DNA of 64,000 bases from Escherichia coli (GTDB taxonomy: Bacteria; Pseudomonadota; Gammaproteobacteria; Enterobacterales; Enterobacteriaceae): assembly GCF_013315695.1 (NCBI RefSeq), contig NZ_CP054353.1; one strand, written 5' to 3'. Below are positions 43,165-52,977 of this stretch, piece after piece; the stretch's first letter is position 1, and each line of letters begins with the position of its first letter. Below the pieces are notes generated by a model. The model saw only the letters and a program-made list of their open reading frames with translations, searched no databases and was not told where the DNA came from. The position numbers and the translations under genes are program-made.

Positions 43165-43547
43165 CAGAAACACCCCGCGTATGCAGACAATCACCAGTTG
43201 CCAGGTGATATTAATTCGCAACATTCTAACCACATCAGCACGCAACACAAAAACCGCTTGCCAGCGCTCGTCGTGTCAGGTTACATTTCCGCTGCACCTC
43301 ATAAAACGGGTGCCGGGTTTCGCAGCCTGCTGACAACCAAAGCGCACAACCGCGCCAGCGGTTTTTTTGTGCGTACTGTATTGCCACGTCTTTTTCGCGT
43401 CAGAATTATGGCGGGGCGTACGGGGCCGACTTCGGTCGGGCCGGGTTCTTTGCTAGCCGGTACTGCGAACCTCGTACGTCTCGCCACCCACAGTTTCGCA
43501 GCTCTGGATGGTGAGTTTTCACAACTTACTAGCAAAGAGGCCACACC

Positions 43548-43769
43548 ATGGCAAACCGCAAGCAACAGCGCGCCCGCGCTGAGCGTCTTCACATCCGCAG
43601 CGAAATCAACCGCAGACTTTTCCGCGCAACACGCGTCGCGCAAATCATGCATATCAACATGCTGCATGAGCGCACGCACGCACTATCAAACCGTTACTGC
43701 GCTGCTGTCTTCAGCTATCTCGCCGAAGATCTGGCAGAACTGCAAAGCCTCATCAACCAGCACCGATAA
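43548..43769 (+). CDS. small basic protein (73 aa), copy 1
   Basis: MANRKQQRARAERLHIRSEINRRLFRATRVAQ..., AAAGAGG Shine-Dalgarno; identical copy at 44377-44598. Confidence 0.45.
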   Translation: MANRKQQRARAERLHIRSEINRRLFRATRVAQIMHINMLHERTHALSNRYCAAVFSYLAEDLAELQSLINQHR

Positions 43770-43837
43770 ACCACATCCGGAAGCTATCCCACACCTGCAC
43801 GCGGGAGGCTTCCGCACGTCTGTTACCGGAGGTTCTC

Positions 43838-44008
43838 ATGAAGAGCGTTAAGGGACTTTCAGATATTCAGGACTTCTTTAACTGGATGTGGGCGGTGGAT
43901 CCCCTGCTGGCTTCCCGCCTGAACAACTGGCACGACTATTACCGCCGCGCCTGTAAACAGGCTGCCCGCAGCGTCACCACATACGGGGCTTTCTCCTTCA
44001 CCGTTGAC
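43838..44008 (+). pseudogene. 5'-truncated duplicate of the 138-aa pre-A gene
   Basis: First 57 codons match 44667-44837, then the frame runs into repeat unit 2. Confidence 0.5.
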
Positions 44009-44837
44009 TATGCAGACAATCACCAGTTGCCAGGTGATATTAATTCGCAACATTCTAACCACATCAGCACGCAACACAAAAACCGCTTGCCAGCGCTCGT
44101 CGTGTCGGGTTACATTTCCGCTGCACCTCATAAAACGGGTGCCGGGTTTCGCAGCCTGCCGACTAGCAAAGCGCACAACCGCGCCAGCGGTTTTTTTGTG
44201 CGTACTGTATTGCCACGTCTTTTTCGCGTCAGAATTATGGCGGGGCGTACGGGGCCGACTTCGGTCGGGCCGGGTTCTTTGCTAGCCGGTACTGCGAACC
44301 TCGTACGTCTCGCCACCCACAGTTTCGCAGCTCTGGATGGTGAGTTTTCACAACTTACTAGCAAAGAGGCCACACCATGGCAAACCGCAAGCAACAGCGC
44401 GCCCGCGCTGAGCGTCTTCACATCCGCAGCGAAATCAACCGCAGACTTTTCCGCGCAACACGCGTCGCGCAAATCATGCATATCAACATGCTGCATGAGC
44501 GCACGCACGCACTATCAAACCGTTACTGCGCTGCTGTCTTCAGCTATCTCGCCGAAGATCTGGCAGAACTGCAAAGCCTCATCAACCAGCACCGATAAAC
44601 CACATCCGGAAGCTATCCCACACCTGCACGCGGGAGGCTTCCGCACGTCTGTTACCGGAGGTTCTCATGAAGAGCGTTAAGGGACTTTCAGATATTCAGG
44701 ACTTCTTTAACTGGATGTGGGCGGTGGATCCCCTGCTGGCTTCCCGCCTGAACAACTGGCACGACTATTACCGCCGCGCCTGTAAACAGGCTGCCCGCAG
44801 CGTCACCACATACGGGGATTTCTCCTTCACCGTGGAC
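44009..44837 (+). repeat. tandem duplication, unit 2 (829 bp)
   Basis: See unit 1. Confidence 0.85.
44377..44598 (+). CDS. small basic protein (73 aa), copy 2
   Basis: Identical translation to 43548-43769. Confidence 0.45.
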   Translation: MANRKQQRARAERLHIRSEINRRLFRATRVAQIMHINMLHERTHALSNRYCAAVFSYLAEDLAELQSLINQHR

Positions 44838-45083
44838 GGTCGTTACCGCGTGGACGTGAAAGGTGATGGTGATGGACTGGGTTTATTTCACATCAACGGC
44901 ACCGACAGTACCGCCATCAGCTGGTCGTCATCAGAGATGGCGCTGGTTCTGGAAATGACAACCCACAGCGTGGCCGTGAAAGGTATATACACCGCAGAAG
45001 GTTTTATCGGCGAATACCAGCGCCTTCTCGTGCTGTACCGCGCGGCGTTTCAGGTGGCAACTGCCGGGGAGTGCGACGCATGA
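44667..45083 (+). CDS. hypothetical protein immediately upstream of gene A
   Basis: 138 aa, GGAGG Shine-Dalgarno, stop overlaps the A start. Confidence 0.5.
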   Translation: MKSVKGLSDIQDFFNWMWAVDPLLASRLNNWHDYYRRACKQAARSVTTYGDFSFTVDGRYRVDVKGDGDGLGLFHINGTDSTAISWSSSEMALVLEMTTHSVAVKGIYTAEGFIGEYQRLLVLYRAAFQVATAGECDA

Positions 45084-47593
45084 GCGACCATAACGCACAA
45101 CTGGCGTACCCGTGGAACGCCCCGCTACCGGTTATCGATCCTGAAACGTTCGGCAGAGCACAGCCAACCGCATTACGCCAGGCCATTCAGAGCTACATCA
45201 ACGAGGACATTCGCATTGATGCCAGACTGGATGAAGAAACCGTCGCCTTTCTGACAACCACAGACGAAGGGAAGCGAATTAATTCGCACCTTCACCACAA
45301 CGAAGAGCGTCGGATCAGACTGGAAAAACTGGCGCGGCACAAACGCGAGAATCCGCCCACGGTGGTATCGGAAGCCATGGCAGAACTTCGCGCCCTGCCC
45401 TCGTTTCTTGGCAACGCGCTCATTCGTGATCTGGCGCGTTTAAACCGCAAACAGCAAAGCGCCCGCCATGAAGGCGTGAAAAACAACAATACACACGTGG
45501 CTGATAACTTTGTTCGCCGTGGACTGCGCACACGCCTGAAACGCATCGAACAGGTGAATGAATGCTTCGCCACGACGGCATTCAAAGCCACCGCAGCACG
45601 CCATCGCCTTGATGAATTACTCATGCTGCCACAACTCAACCGTGATCAAATTCAGCGCCTTGCCACACTAACGGCGGCGGCATTTTCCACCGAACTGGAA
45701 CGCATATGTGATGAAGTTACTGAGCGGACAGGAAAAGGCGACGATAACCTGTTTACCTGGTTGCTGACTTACCAGCAGCTGGCGCGCATGGCAATAAAAC
45801 TGGGCGTGAACCCACCATACTGGCCGTCACTCGAGATCAGACGTGACCGCCGCACGGCACCAGACCCTGAACTGGTACCGGGCGCGGTAATGCGTATCAC
45901 CTGCGCCACCTGGTGGAACAACCAGCTGCGCCACCTCGCTGATCTCTGGCGGGAGGAATTACTGCGTGCCGCCGGAAGAGTATCGCGCAAGGCATCCCCC
46001 TACATCAGCCATGAGTCACTCCAGGAATTCCGGGAGAAACGCCAGCGCACCCGTGATTTTCTCAAAAGCTGGGACATTGAAAACGAAGACGGTGAACGCC
46101 TGAGCCTGGAGGACGTGTACTGGTCAGGGCTGGGGAATCCGCGCAACCGCCGCAACGAGATGATGGCCTGCGTCAGAGGGATGGAACAGGTCGCCGAATC
46201 GCGTGGTGACTCCGCGTTCTTCGTGACAGTGACCTGCCCTTCCCGCTTTCACAGCGTAAACGAGGACGGCAGCCTGAACCCGAAATACAACGGTGCCACC
46301 GTGCGCGATGCCAGTGATTATCTGGTTTACGACGTCTTTGCAGCTGCAAGAAAAAAACTCAACAAAGAAGGCCTGAGCTGGTACGGGGTGCGCACCGTTG
46401 AGCCACACCATGACGGCACACCGCACTGGCACATGCTGGTATTCACCGCCCCGGACAATGAAGAACGCATCATTGAAATCATGCGTGACGCAGCAATCAA
46501 ATCAGATCGCGCAGAACTGGGGAATGATATTTCTCCGCGCTTCAAGTGCGAAAAAATCGACCCGGCAAAAGGCACACCGGCAAGCTACATCGCAACCTAT
46601 ATTGGCAAGAACCTGGACGCCAGCACCTTTCACGACAATGACCCGAAAACCGGCAAACCTTACGCCGATAAAGAATCGGGAAAAACCATGGCGGAAACCG
46701 TGGAAAACGCCATTGCCTGGGCGAGTCTCCACCGCATCCGGCAGTTCCAGTTCTTCGGTATCCCGCCCCGCCAGGTATGGCGTGAACTCCGCCGCCTTGC
46801 CGGACAAATGGAGCGTAACCCCGCATCACCGAAGCGCCTGGACCATGACGACATTGACGCCATTCTGGCCGCCGCTGACGTGGGGTGTTTTGCCACCTAC
46901 ATCAACCGTCAGGGCGGCGTGCTCATTCCACGCAACCTGTACCTGATCCGCACCGCATACGAAACCGCAGATGAGGCCAACGACTACGGCGAATTCCCGC
47001 AGCGCATCTACGGAATTTGTGCCCCGTCGCTCGGCGAGCGCTACACCATCTGCACCCATCCGGACGAGTGGAAACTGGTCAGAAAAGAAGCGAAAGCCGA
47101 CAACAGCACGGACGAGGATTTTGACGTTGGGGGCGGCTTCGCCGCACCTTGGACTCGTGGCAATAACTGTCGCCATGATGAAAAAACAGACACCGAAGAG
47201 GGTAAAAACCCACCACCGGAAACCAGGAAAGAACAAAAACTGGTCGTCCCGGAAGGTGATTTGGGCGAGTGGTTAAGGTCACTGACCCCCACAGAGCGAA
47301 AACAACTCACCAGGCAGCTGAAAGATGCGCCATCTGACACAAAAACCGTGAAAACCGGCGGCCCCACCACGCCCGATGACGTCATACATGTGCGTACCGC
47401 ATTGCCGCTGGCTGACGTCACCACCACCGTGATCAAGTCGGCACTGAGCACGACGGGCGAGGAGCTGCACAGTGGCGCGGCACTTTCCGTACACAGAGGT
47501 GCACGCGTTCGCCTGCCTGACGGGCGGATTGTGCACTGGGATGAGAAATCACGAAGCCTGGTGGCAGCAGATCAACCGGAGGTGAACCCATGA
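45071..47593 (+). CDS. P2 gpA-like rolling-circle replication initiator
   Basis: 840 aa with HUH-type motif HHDGTPHWHMLVF. Confidence 0.9.
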   Translation: MRRMSDHNAQLAYPWNAPLPVIDPETFGRAQPTALRQAIQSYINEDIRIDARLDEETVAFLTTTDEGKRINSHLHHNEERRIRLEKLARHKRENPPTVVSEAMAELRALPSFLGNALIRDLARLNRKQQSARHEGVKNNNTHVADNFVRRGLRTRLKRIEQVNECFATTAFKATAARHRLDELLMLPQLNRDQIQRLATLTAAAFSTELERICDEVTERTGKGDDNLFTWLLTYQQLARMAIKLGVNPPYWPSLEIRRDRRTAPDPELVPGAVMRITCATWWNNQLRHLADLWREELLRAAGRVSRKASPYISHESLQEFREKRQRTRDFLKSWDIENEDGERLSLEDVYWSGLGNPRNRRNEMMACVRGMEQVAESRGDSAFFVTVTCPSRFHSVNEDGSLNPKYNGATVRDASDYLVYDVFAAARKKLNKEGLSWYGVRTVEPHHDGTPHWHMLVFTAPDNEERIIEIMRDAAIKSDRAELGNDISPRFKCEKIDPAKGTPASYIATYIGKNLDASTFHDNDPKTGKPYADKESGKTMAETVENAIAWASLHRIRQFQFFGIPPRQVWRELRRLAGQMERNPASPKRLDHDDIDAILAAADVGCFATYINRQGGVLIPRNLYLIRTAYETADEANDYGEFPQRIYGICAPSLGERYTICTHPDEWKLVRKEAKADNSTDEDFDVGGGFAAPWTRGNNCRHDEKTDTEEGKNPPPETRKEQKLVVPEGDLGEWLRSLTPTERKQLTRQLKDAPSDTKTVKTGGPTTPDDVIHVRTALPLADVTTTVIKSALSTTGEELHSGAALSVHRGARVRLPDGRIVHWDEKSRSLVAADQPEVNP

Positions 47594-47994
47594 CACGATT
47601 CCATTGCGTACTCCAGCGCCATGATTTCAGCACCATCATGAGTGGACGCATTCCGGCACTGACGCTGAGCGGCGTCAGTGTTCGGCCACAGCCAGGCGAC
47701 GAACTGGAGATCACGATCGCAAACCCCGATCGCAGCACAGATACCGTCATGACCGACATCCTGACTGCAAGAATCAACGCCGACAGAAGCGCATTCATCG
47801 TTGCCGTGCGTCCTCGTCGCGCCATATCAGAGCCTGAACCACTGACCCCCGTCGGAAAAATCATGCAGGCATACCACGAAAAACAGACCAGAAAACTCAA
47901 TGAAGAGCTGGCAAGAACGTTGGCCGTCGTTAACCGAAAAGCGGCAATTGCCCGCTATGTGCATTCAGCCGCCAACAGGCAATCACGCAGGTAA
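47590..47994 (+). CDS. hypothetical protein
   Basis: 134-aa ORF, translationally coupled to A. Confidence 0.4.
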   Translation: MTRFHCVLQRHDFSTIMSGRIPALTLSGVSVRPQPGDELEITIANPDRSTDTVMTDILTARINADRSAFIVAVRPRRAISEPEPLTPVGKIMQAYHEKQTRKLNEELARTLAVVNRKAAIARYVHSAANRQSRR

Positions 47995-48003
47995 CAAAAG
48001 ACC

Positions 48004-48213
48004 ATGAACATGACCAAAAACACCAAACTGAAGGAGCACACCATGAACGACATCAGGAAGATCAGCGACAAAGACCTGAAGAAAATGATTGAGTCGGCGC
48101 AGCAGCTGCTCTCACGACGAAATCCGGTTGTGGAAGAAACATGGTGGGAAAATTTACTGGCAGCGCTGACCGAACTCCGCGAACGCCGGAACAACGAAGG
48201 AGCTGCCAAATGA
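48004..48213 (+). CDS. hypothetical small protein
   Basis: 69-aa ORF; stop overlaps the next start. Confidence 0.35.
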   Translation: MNMTKNTKLKEHTMNDIRKISDKDLKKMIESAQQLLSRRNPVVEETWWENLLAALTELRERRNNEGAAK

Positions 48214-48548
48214 AGACACCCAGAATGACCGGAAAGGAAATCATTTTACGCTACCTGAAAACGCACGCACGCTTCAGCGCACCAGAGCTGGTTGAAAAAC
48301 TGGGCGTGAAAAGGACCGTCATTAATCAGGCTGCCGGAAAGATGGTGCGCGAAGGGCTGCTGGTTGTGGATGGGTACACGGACAAGATAACGCATTACCG
48401 GAAGCCAACGAAAAAGGAGCTGCGGGAGCTGAAACGACGGGCAGAATGGCAACAGGAGCCGTCAGTAATTGAAGCCTGCAAGCGCAGCGAAATCATGAAG
48501 AGAATTCTGTTTATCTACGGCGCTGGCGAAGAGCTGCCCGTCATCTGA
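48210..48548 (+). CDS. putative winged-helix DNA-binding protein
   Basis: 112 aa from MKTPRMTGKEIILRYLKTHARFSAPELVEKLGV. Confidence 0.45.
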   Translation: MKTPRMTGKEIILRYLKTHARFSAPELVEKLGVKRTVINQAAGKMVREGLLVVDGYTDKITHYRKPTKKELRELKRRAEWQQEPSVIEACKRSEIMKRILFIYGAGEELPVI

Positions 48549-48580
48549 ACCCAACAATAAAACCAACACGGGAGACAAAT

Positions 48581-48898
48581 ATGCCAACACAGGTTGCAAC
48601 AGAGGGACGACTGGCAGCAGACCCGAACACAAGGAGAACAGCCAAAGGTACCAGCGTCACAACAGCACAACTGGCGGTATCACTACCCTGCCATGGCGCA
48701 GAACAGCCAACCACAATGTGGCTTTACCTTATCGCGTTCGGGAAGCAACACGAAGAACTGGCAAAACACAGAAAAGGCGATCTGATCCTGGTGCACGGGA
48801 ACTTGCAGGTAAACAGGTATCAGGACAAGTACGAGCAACAGAAAGAGGGCTGGCAGCTGCTGACGCAAAGCATTATCAGCTCAAGAACCGGGCGATGA
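48581..48898 (+). CDS. short SSB-like OB-fold protein
   Basis: 105 aa; pattern GRLAADPNTRRTAKGTSVTTAQLAV...WLYLIAFGKQHEELAKHRKGDLILVHGNLQ resembles the SSB N-terminal OB-fold without a C-terminal tail. Confidence 0.45.
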   Translation: MPTQVATEGRLAADPNTRRTAKGTSVTTAQLAVSLPCHGAEQPTTMWLYLIAFGKQHEELAKHRKGDLILVHGNLQVNRYQDKYEQQKEGWQLLTQSIISSRTGR

Positions 48899-48947
48899 CT
48901 TCACGCATGTTACCCTCAGCAGCGAGGGTAACACAGGATTTCTTTTT

Positions 48948-49592
48948 TCAGTCAAACCGAAATCGGCCGCTTGTCGCGTATGCATAGGTGACCACCGCAC
49001 CCAGCGCATTCACACGCTTCTTCACATAAATCACATTACCATCCTGATAGTCACCGTATGGGTAGCAAATAAAGATTGTTTTTTGCAAATCAGGATCATC
49101 AACAAATGCCCCTGAACAACTTTTTGAGCTACCGCGACTGTACTCATAGGGAGCGGAATAGAATGAATCTTCACCCGGAAGAAAATATATCAGCGTAACC
49201 AGGAGGGTAAACAGAATCATCCAGGTAAGAAGGCACATACCCGAAAAAAACTTAAGATACGATGTAACCCCGGTAAATTTAGACCGATCAACCAGGTTCT
49301 TTTTCAACAGGCACAGTGAGACAAAAACCGAAAGCACCACAGACACTGAAACAAGGCAGTTTGTCGTGAACGAATAAAGGTAGGTAATTCTGTAAACATC
49401 GTTTCGCCACCAAATAAAAAGAAAAATCCCCCCCAAAACAGAAAGCGTGACAAAAGTTAAATAAGGATATGAGTAATTTTTCACAGTTCTCACCCGGCAA
49501 TACACCACTGATTCAGACAGATGATTATCATCACCACCCACCCCCAAAAATCGCAAGATAAAAAATGCACAAAAGCGCACGAAATTGCACAA
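48948..49592 (-). CDS. hypothetical multi-pass membrane protein at the tin/old-equivalent position
   Basis: 214-aa ORF on the opposite strand, AT-rich, several hydrophobic helices. Confidence 0.45.
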   Translation of the reverse strand: MCNFVRFCAFFILRFLGVGGDDNHLSESVVYCRVRTVKNYSYPYLTFVTLSVLGGIFLFIWWRNDVYRITYLYSFTTNCLVSVSVVLSVFVSLCLLKKNLVDRSKFTGVTSYLKFFSGMCLLTWMILFTLLVTLIYFLPGEDSFYSAPYEYSRGSSKSCSGAFVDDPDLQKTIFICYPYGDYQDGNVIYVKKRVNALGAVVTYAYATSGRFRFD

Positions 49593-49987
49593 TTTTTCTT
49601 ATGTGTTTCATCCCCATTCAGCCCAGTAACGGCGCTGGCTGAGGCCGGTTTGCACGGTGCACGAAAAACGAGGCAATTGCAGCGCGCAGGCGACGAGGGA
49701 AGGGCGCCCGAATTGAGGGGTGGAAGGCAGGTTGCTTTATTTGGGGTCGTATTGCGCGTGATACGCACGCAGTGAAGCCGGTTCTGAAAAAACCACACCG
49801 AAACAGAGTCAGAAAAACAGGCCGCCAGAATGCGTCTGGTTGAGTTTTACGGGGTCGGGATTAAATGCGGAAACATCACACCGCAGGCATGACGCGAAAA
49901 AGAGAAAAACCACAGCAAAACATAATGTTAAATGTTATTGATGAGTTGAGAAGCGAGAGGTGTATTGCGTTGACAGAGCTGGAGAGT
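49593..49987. other. noncoding segment expected to contain the phage cos / packaging site
   Basis: In P2 cos lies between the old end and Q; GC-rich motif GGCGACGAGGGAAGGGCGC at about 49688 resembles the P2 cohesive-end sequence as recalled. Confidence 0.3.
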
Positions 49988-50012
49988 CGGGGCATAAATT
50001 TTTTATGCCCCG
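49988..50012 (-). terminator. palindromic hairpin downstream of Q
   Basis: CGGGGCATAAA-TTT-TTTATGCCCCG. Confidence 0.45.
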
Positions 50013-50038
50013 GCGAAGCAGCCGACAAGCGAAGCGCG

Positions 50039-51082
50039 TCAGCTGGCGTTATCCTGAAGCAACGCATAGGGGTTAAAGCGCATTACCTCGCTTCCCAGCC
50101 ATTCATTGACATGCTTCATGGCCTCCATGACAGGTTGCAGCTCGTTGATGAAAAACACCCTCGCCGCTTTCTCAACGTCACCGAGCGCCGCGTTCCCGTC
50201 AGGCATTGCCCCCATCAGCTGAGGCGGTACACGGTGAGCCGCAAGGATATCGTCACGGGCGGTACCCTTGATGTTAAGGAATTCGTCCTTCGCGGTGATT
50301 TGCTGGAACGGCAGTATTTGCACACCATCCTTGCCGCCACCTGGCGCGTGCAGAAGGATATTGCGGAACGCCCCCTTGCCACGGGATTCCGTGAGGGTTT
50401 TCTTTACCGCCTCCACGCTTTCAGCGTTTGCCTGGGCGGCCCCGACATAGACAATGCACCCGGCATGTGAGCCGTTGTCATAGTAGAGCTTGCGGAACGT
50501 GTCCGCCGAGTTCGACAGGCTCACCGACAGCAGCCCACCGATATACTCCGGCATCCCGTAGATTTCCTGGTTGATATCAGGGTTCAGAACATGGCACACA
50601 GCCCCCTTCCGGAACGCGAATTCAGAACCATCATCATTGAGGTACCAGTACGTATCGAGATCACTGCCCCGCCGCGTGTATTTCGCCAGCGCCGGGCGGA
50701 GCGCAATGGGCTCACCGAACCTGTTACGGCGCACCTCAAGATAGGCATTACCGAACACAAACCAGTCGAGTGCAAACGCTGAAAACGCCTGGCGGGACAG
50801 GAGCGGATGAGGAACAAAGCACCCGTTCAGGGCGTTGCGCTTAAAATACAGGGCCGACTGGTGCCATGACGCACGACGGGAGGCGCGAGCAATGGCGTTC
50901 CAGTCCATGGGGGTGTCATAGTAGCGGCCATTATCGGCGCACGACATATTATCAAGAAGATCAAGACGGCTTGCTTCATAAGGACCGTCAAACGTGAAAG
51001 CACTGAGTGACGGCGCTGATTTCAGTGCATCGGCCAGTGAGCCCGTGCCGCGCTTTCCGGTGTATTTTTTACGTTTACTCAT
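50039..51082 (-). CDS. P2 gpQ-like portal protein
   Basis: 347 aa, leftward, paired with the terminase gene. Confidence 0.85.
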   Translation of the reverse strand: MSKRKKYTGKRGTGSLADALKSAPSLSAFTFDGPYEASRLDLLDNMSCADNGRYYDTPMDWNAIARASRRASWHQSALYFKRNALNGCFVPHPLLSRQAFSAFALDWFVFGNAYLEVRRNRFGEPIALRPALAKYTRRGSDLDTYWYLNDDGSEFAFRKGAVCHVLNPDINQEIYGMPEYIGGLLSVSLSNSADTFRKLYYDNGSHAGCIVYVGAAQANAESVEAVKKTLTESRGKGAFRNILLHAPGGGKDGVQILPFQQITAKDEFLNIKGTARDDILAAHRVPPQLMGAMPDGNAALGDVEKAARVFFINELQPVMEAMKHVNEWLGSEVMRFNPYALLQDNAS

Positions 51083-51087
51083 TGTGT

Positions 51088-52821
51088 TCAGAACTCCATT
51101 GCAAAGCCACGATTATCCTCACGCTCTGCGCCGATTGGCTCATTGATAACAGCAAGCATGGTTGCCCAGGCGAGATCACCATGACTGACACCCCGGGAGC
51201 GGTCAGTGTCATAGGTGATATAGCCGCCGGGCGTCTGTATTTTTCGCACCGATGAAAATGCCTGTATCAGGTCGCGTTCGCTGCGGTCATACTCCCACCG
51301 TCCGGCGCGGACCACCTGAAGCATCTTCATGACCAGCGCCCGTTTGGACGCGATATTGAAGTTGTACGGAACAGCCAGGGGGAAGAGCTTTTTCACAATC
51401 TGATAAACCCCTTCGCCGTTACCACCGGTCACATCAATACCAATATGTTTCACGTTATATTTCTTCGTGTACTCCTCGATCAGGGCAGCTTGTTGTTCAA
51501 ACTCCATACCCTGAACCCTGACTGTCTCCACCGTGCGAAAACGCCCACCGGCAACAAGGGGTGGCACGCACACCGACAGCGCCCCGCAGTCCCCTTTCCC
51601 GCTGCTGCCGTTGGCATCATAGCCAAGCCAGACCTCCCGAACGCCCATCGGACGGGACGCAAAAGGTTTCCAGTCAGGCCATTCATCGTAACCATCCACG
51701 CCGCAGCCGATGAGCGCATTCAGGCTGAAGGCCGCCTCACCATCACGGACAAATTCGCACATGTACAGATTGCGAAATTCACTTTCTGTATTCTCATCGC
51801 GAATATCATCAATACTGGTGAACTGCCATCCGTTAGCGACAGCATCCTCGATAGTGACAATCTGCCGCCACGTTTTATCGGGAAAGAGCACGCCCCCCTT
51901 CAGGTGGGCATGTGAAACATCAAATTCATTGCGTTTTGAGCGCGGCCGCTCGCTGTTCCAGCGGTCCCCTGTCCAGAACTGATACGCCTCATGCGTCTCA
52001 CCTGACGGCGTAGAGAAGTAAGTGCGCGTAAGCCCTTTCAGCGTCGCCATTGCCCCGGCAACCTTCCTGAGGTTCACAAAGTTACTGACCCAGAAAAATT
52101 CGTCGAATTTCAGATGACCGGTATAGGACTGCGCGGTGGCAGCTGACGTACCGAGGAAGTGCAGCTCGGCACCGTTGGACAGCACAATTTTGTCGCCGCC
52201 TTTGAGCTCAACATCCACCTCCTGAGCAGCCTGCTGAATGAAATGCTTGAACTGATACGCCTGACGACGGGAGGCGGACAAAAATATCTGGTTGCGCTGA
52301 TACCCGGCGGAGACATCATCACGCAGTGCATCAAGGAGCGCCTCGCGCGCAAAATACCAGGTCGCACCAATCTGACGCGACTTCAGGATCATGCGGTTGC
52401 GGTGGTGGCGGTTTTCGTACCATTCGCGTTGATGCCAGGCCAGTGACGGCAGGATTTTTTCCCTGAGCGCAGCAATCTGTTCTTCGGTGAAGTGATTTTT
52501 CAGTCTGCGTTTACGGGGCTTTTTACCGGAAACGGCATGCTCTCCCTGACTGTCATTCAGTTTTTTCAGCTGGCGCGTGAGAAGGTCAATTTCCTTAAAA
52601 TCGCTGCCGCTTTTCTCTGTTTTTGTGGTGAGCTGGATGAGGCGCGCATCAATGGACTGGGTGACCCGCTGGATCGGGGGGGTGGCATCCCACTCATCGC
52701 GTTTTTTCCATGAGTAAATCGTGTTCTGGCTGATCCCCATCAGTTGCGAGATTTCCGCAGGCGTGTACCCTTGCCAGTAAAGTTGTCTCGCTCCTATGCG
52801 GACAAATGCATCCTGAATCAT
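51088..52821 (-). CDS. P2 gpP-like terminase ATPase subunit
   Basis: 577 aa, N-terminal HTH MIQDAFVRIGARQLYWQGYTPAEISQLMGISQNTIYSW. Confidence 0.9.
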   Translation of the reverse strand: MIQDAFVRIGARQLYWQGYTPAEISQLMGISQNTIYSWKKRDEWDATPPIQRVTQSIDARLIQLTTKTEKSGSDFKEIDLLTRQLKKLNDSQGEHAVSGKKPRKRRLKNHFTEEQIAALREKILPSLAWHQREWYENRHHRNRMILKSRQIGATWYFAREALLDALRDDVSAGYQRNQIFLSASRRQAYQFKHFIQQAAQEVDVELKGGDKIVLSNGAELHFLGTSAATAQSYTGHLKFDEFFWVSNFVNLRKVAGAMATLKGLTRTYFSTPSGETHEAYQFWTGDRWNSERPRSKRNEFDVSHAHLKGGVLFPDKTWRQIVTIEDAVANGWQFTSIDDIRDENTESEFRNLYMCEFVRDGEAAFSLNALIGCGVDGYDEWPDWKPFASRPMGVREVWLGYDANGSSGKGDCGALSVCVPPLVAGGRFRTVETVRVQGMEFEQQAALIEEYTKKYNVKHIGIDVTGGNGEGVYQIVKKLFPLAVPYNFNIASKRALVMKMLQVVRAGRWEYDRSERDLIQAFSSVRKIQTPGGYITYDTDRSRGVSHGDLAWATMLAVINEPIGAEREDNRGFAMEF

Positions 52822-52977
52822 GCGCCCCCCTTCATTAGCTGAAACAAAGAGTAAACGCCCCGCCCTTTACCGGATATTCGGCGCCGTTGTAGCGGTGTTC
52901 TTACAACAACCCCGCCTTGAGATGCCATCCCCTCCCCCCGCATGATGGAATACACCATTCCGGAAAGGAGATTTTTC

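Larger units (their letters stand above)
43180..44008 (+). repeat. tandem duplication, unit 1 (829 bp)
   Basis: Offset of exactly 829 bp between the two units; about 6 mismatches seen by eye. Confidence 0.85.

Noticed and set aside
43299-44508. Two identical 126-aa minus-strand ORFs inside the repeat units
   Set aside because: Antisense to the leader and the 73-aa gene, no Shine-Dalgarno noted; likely frame artefacts, though not strictly excluded.
42745-44680. Long + strand ORFs (368 aa and 280 aa) running through the tandem repeat
   Set aside because: They share a serine/threonine/alanine-rich non-coding-looking frame that exists only because the repeat carries the same open frame twice; better explained by the 73-aa and 138-aa genes plus noncoding leader.
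43180-44837. Possible CRISPR array
   Set aside because: The only tandem repetition in the window is the 829-bp duplication; no short (25-40 bp) direct repeats separated by unique spacers were seen anywhere.
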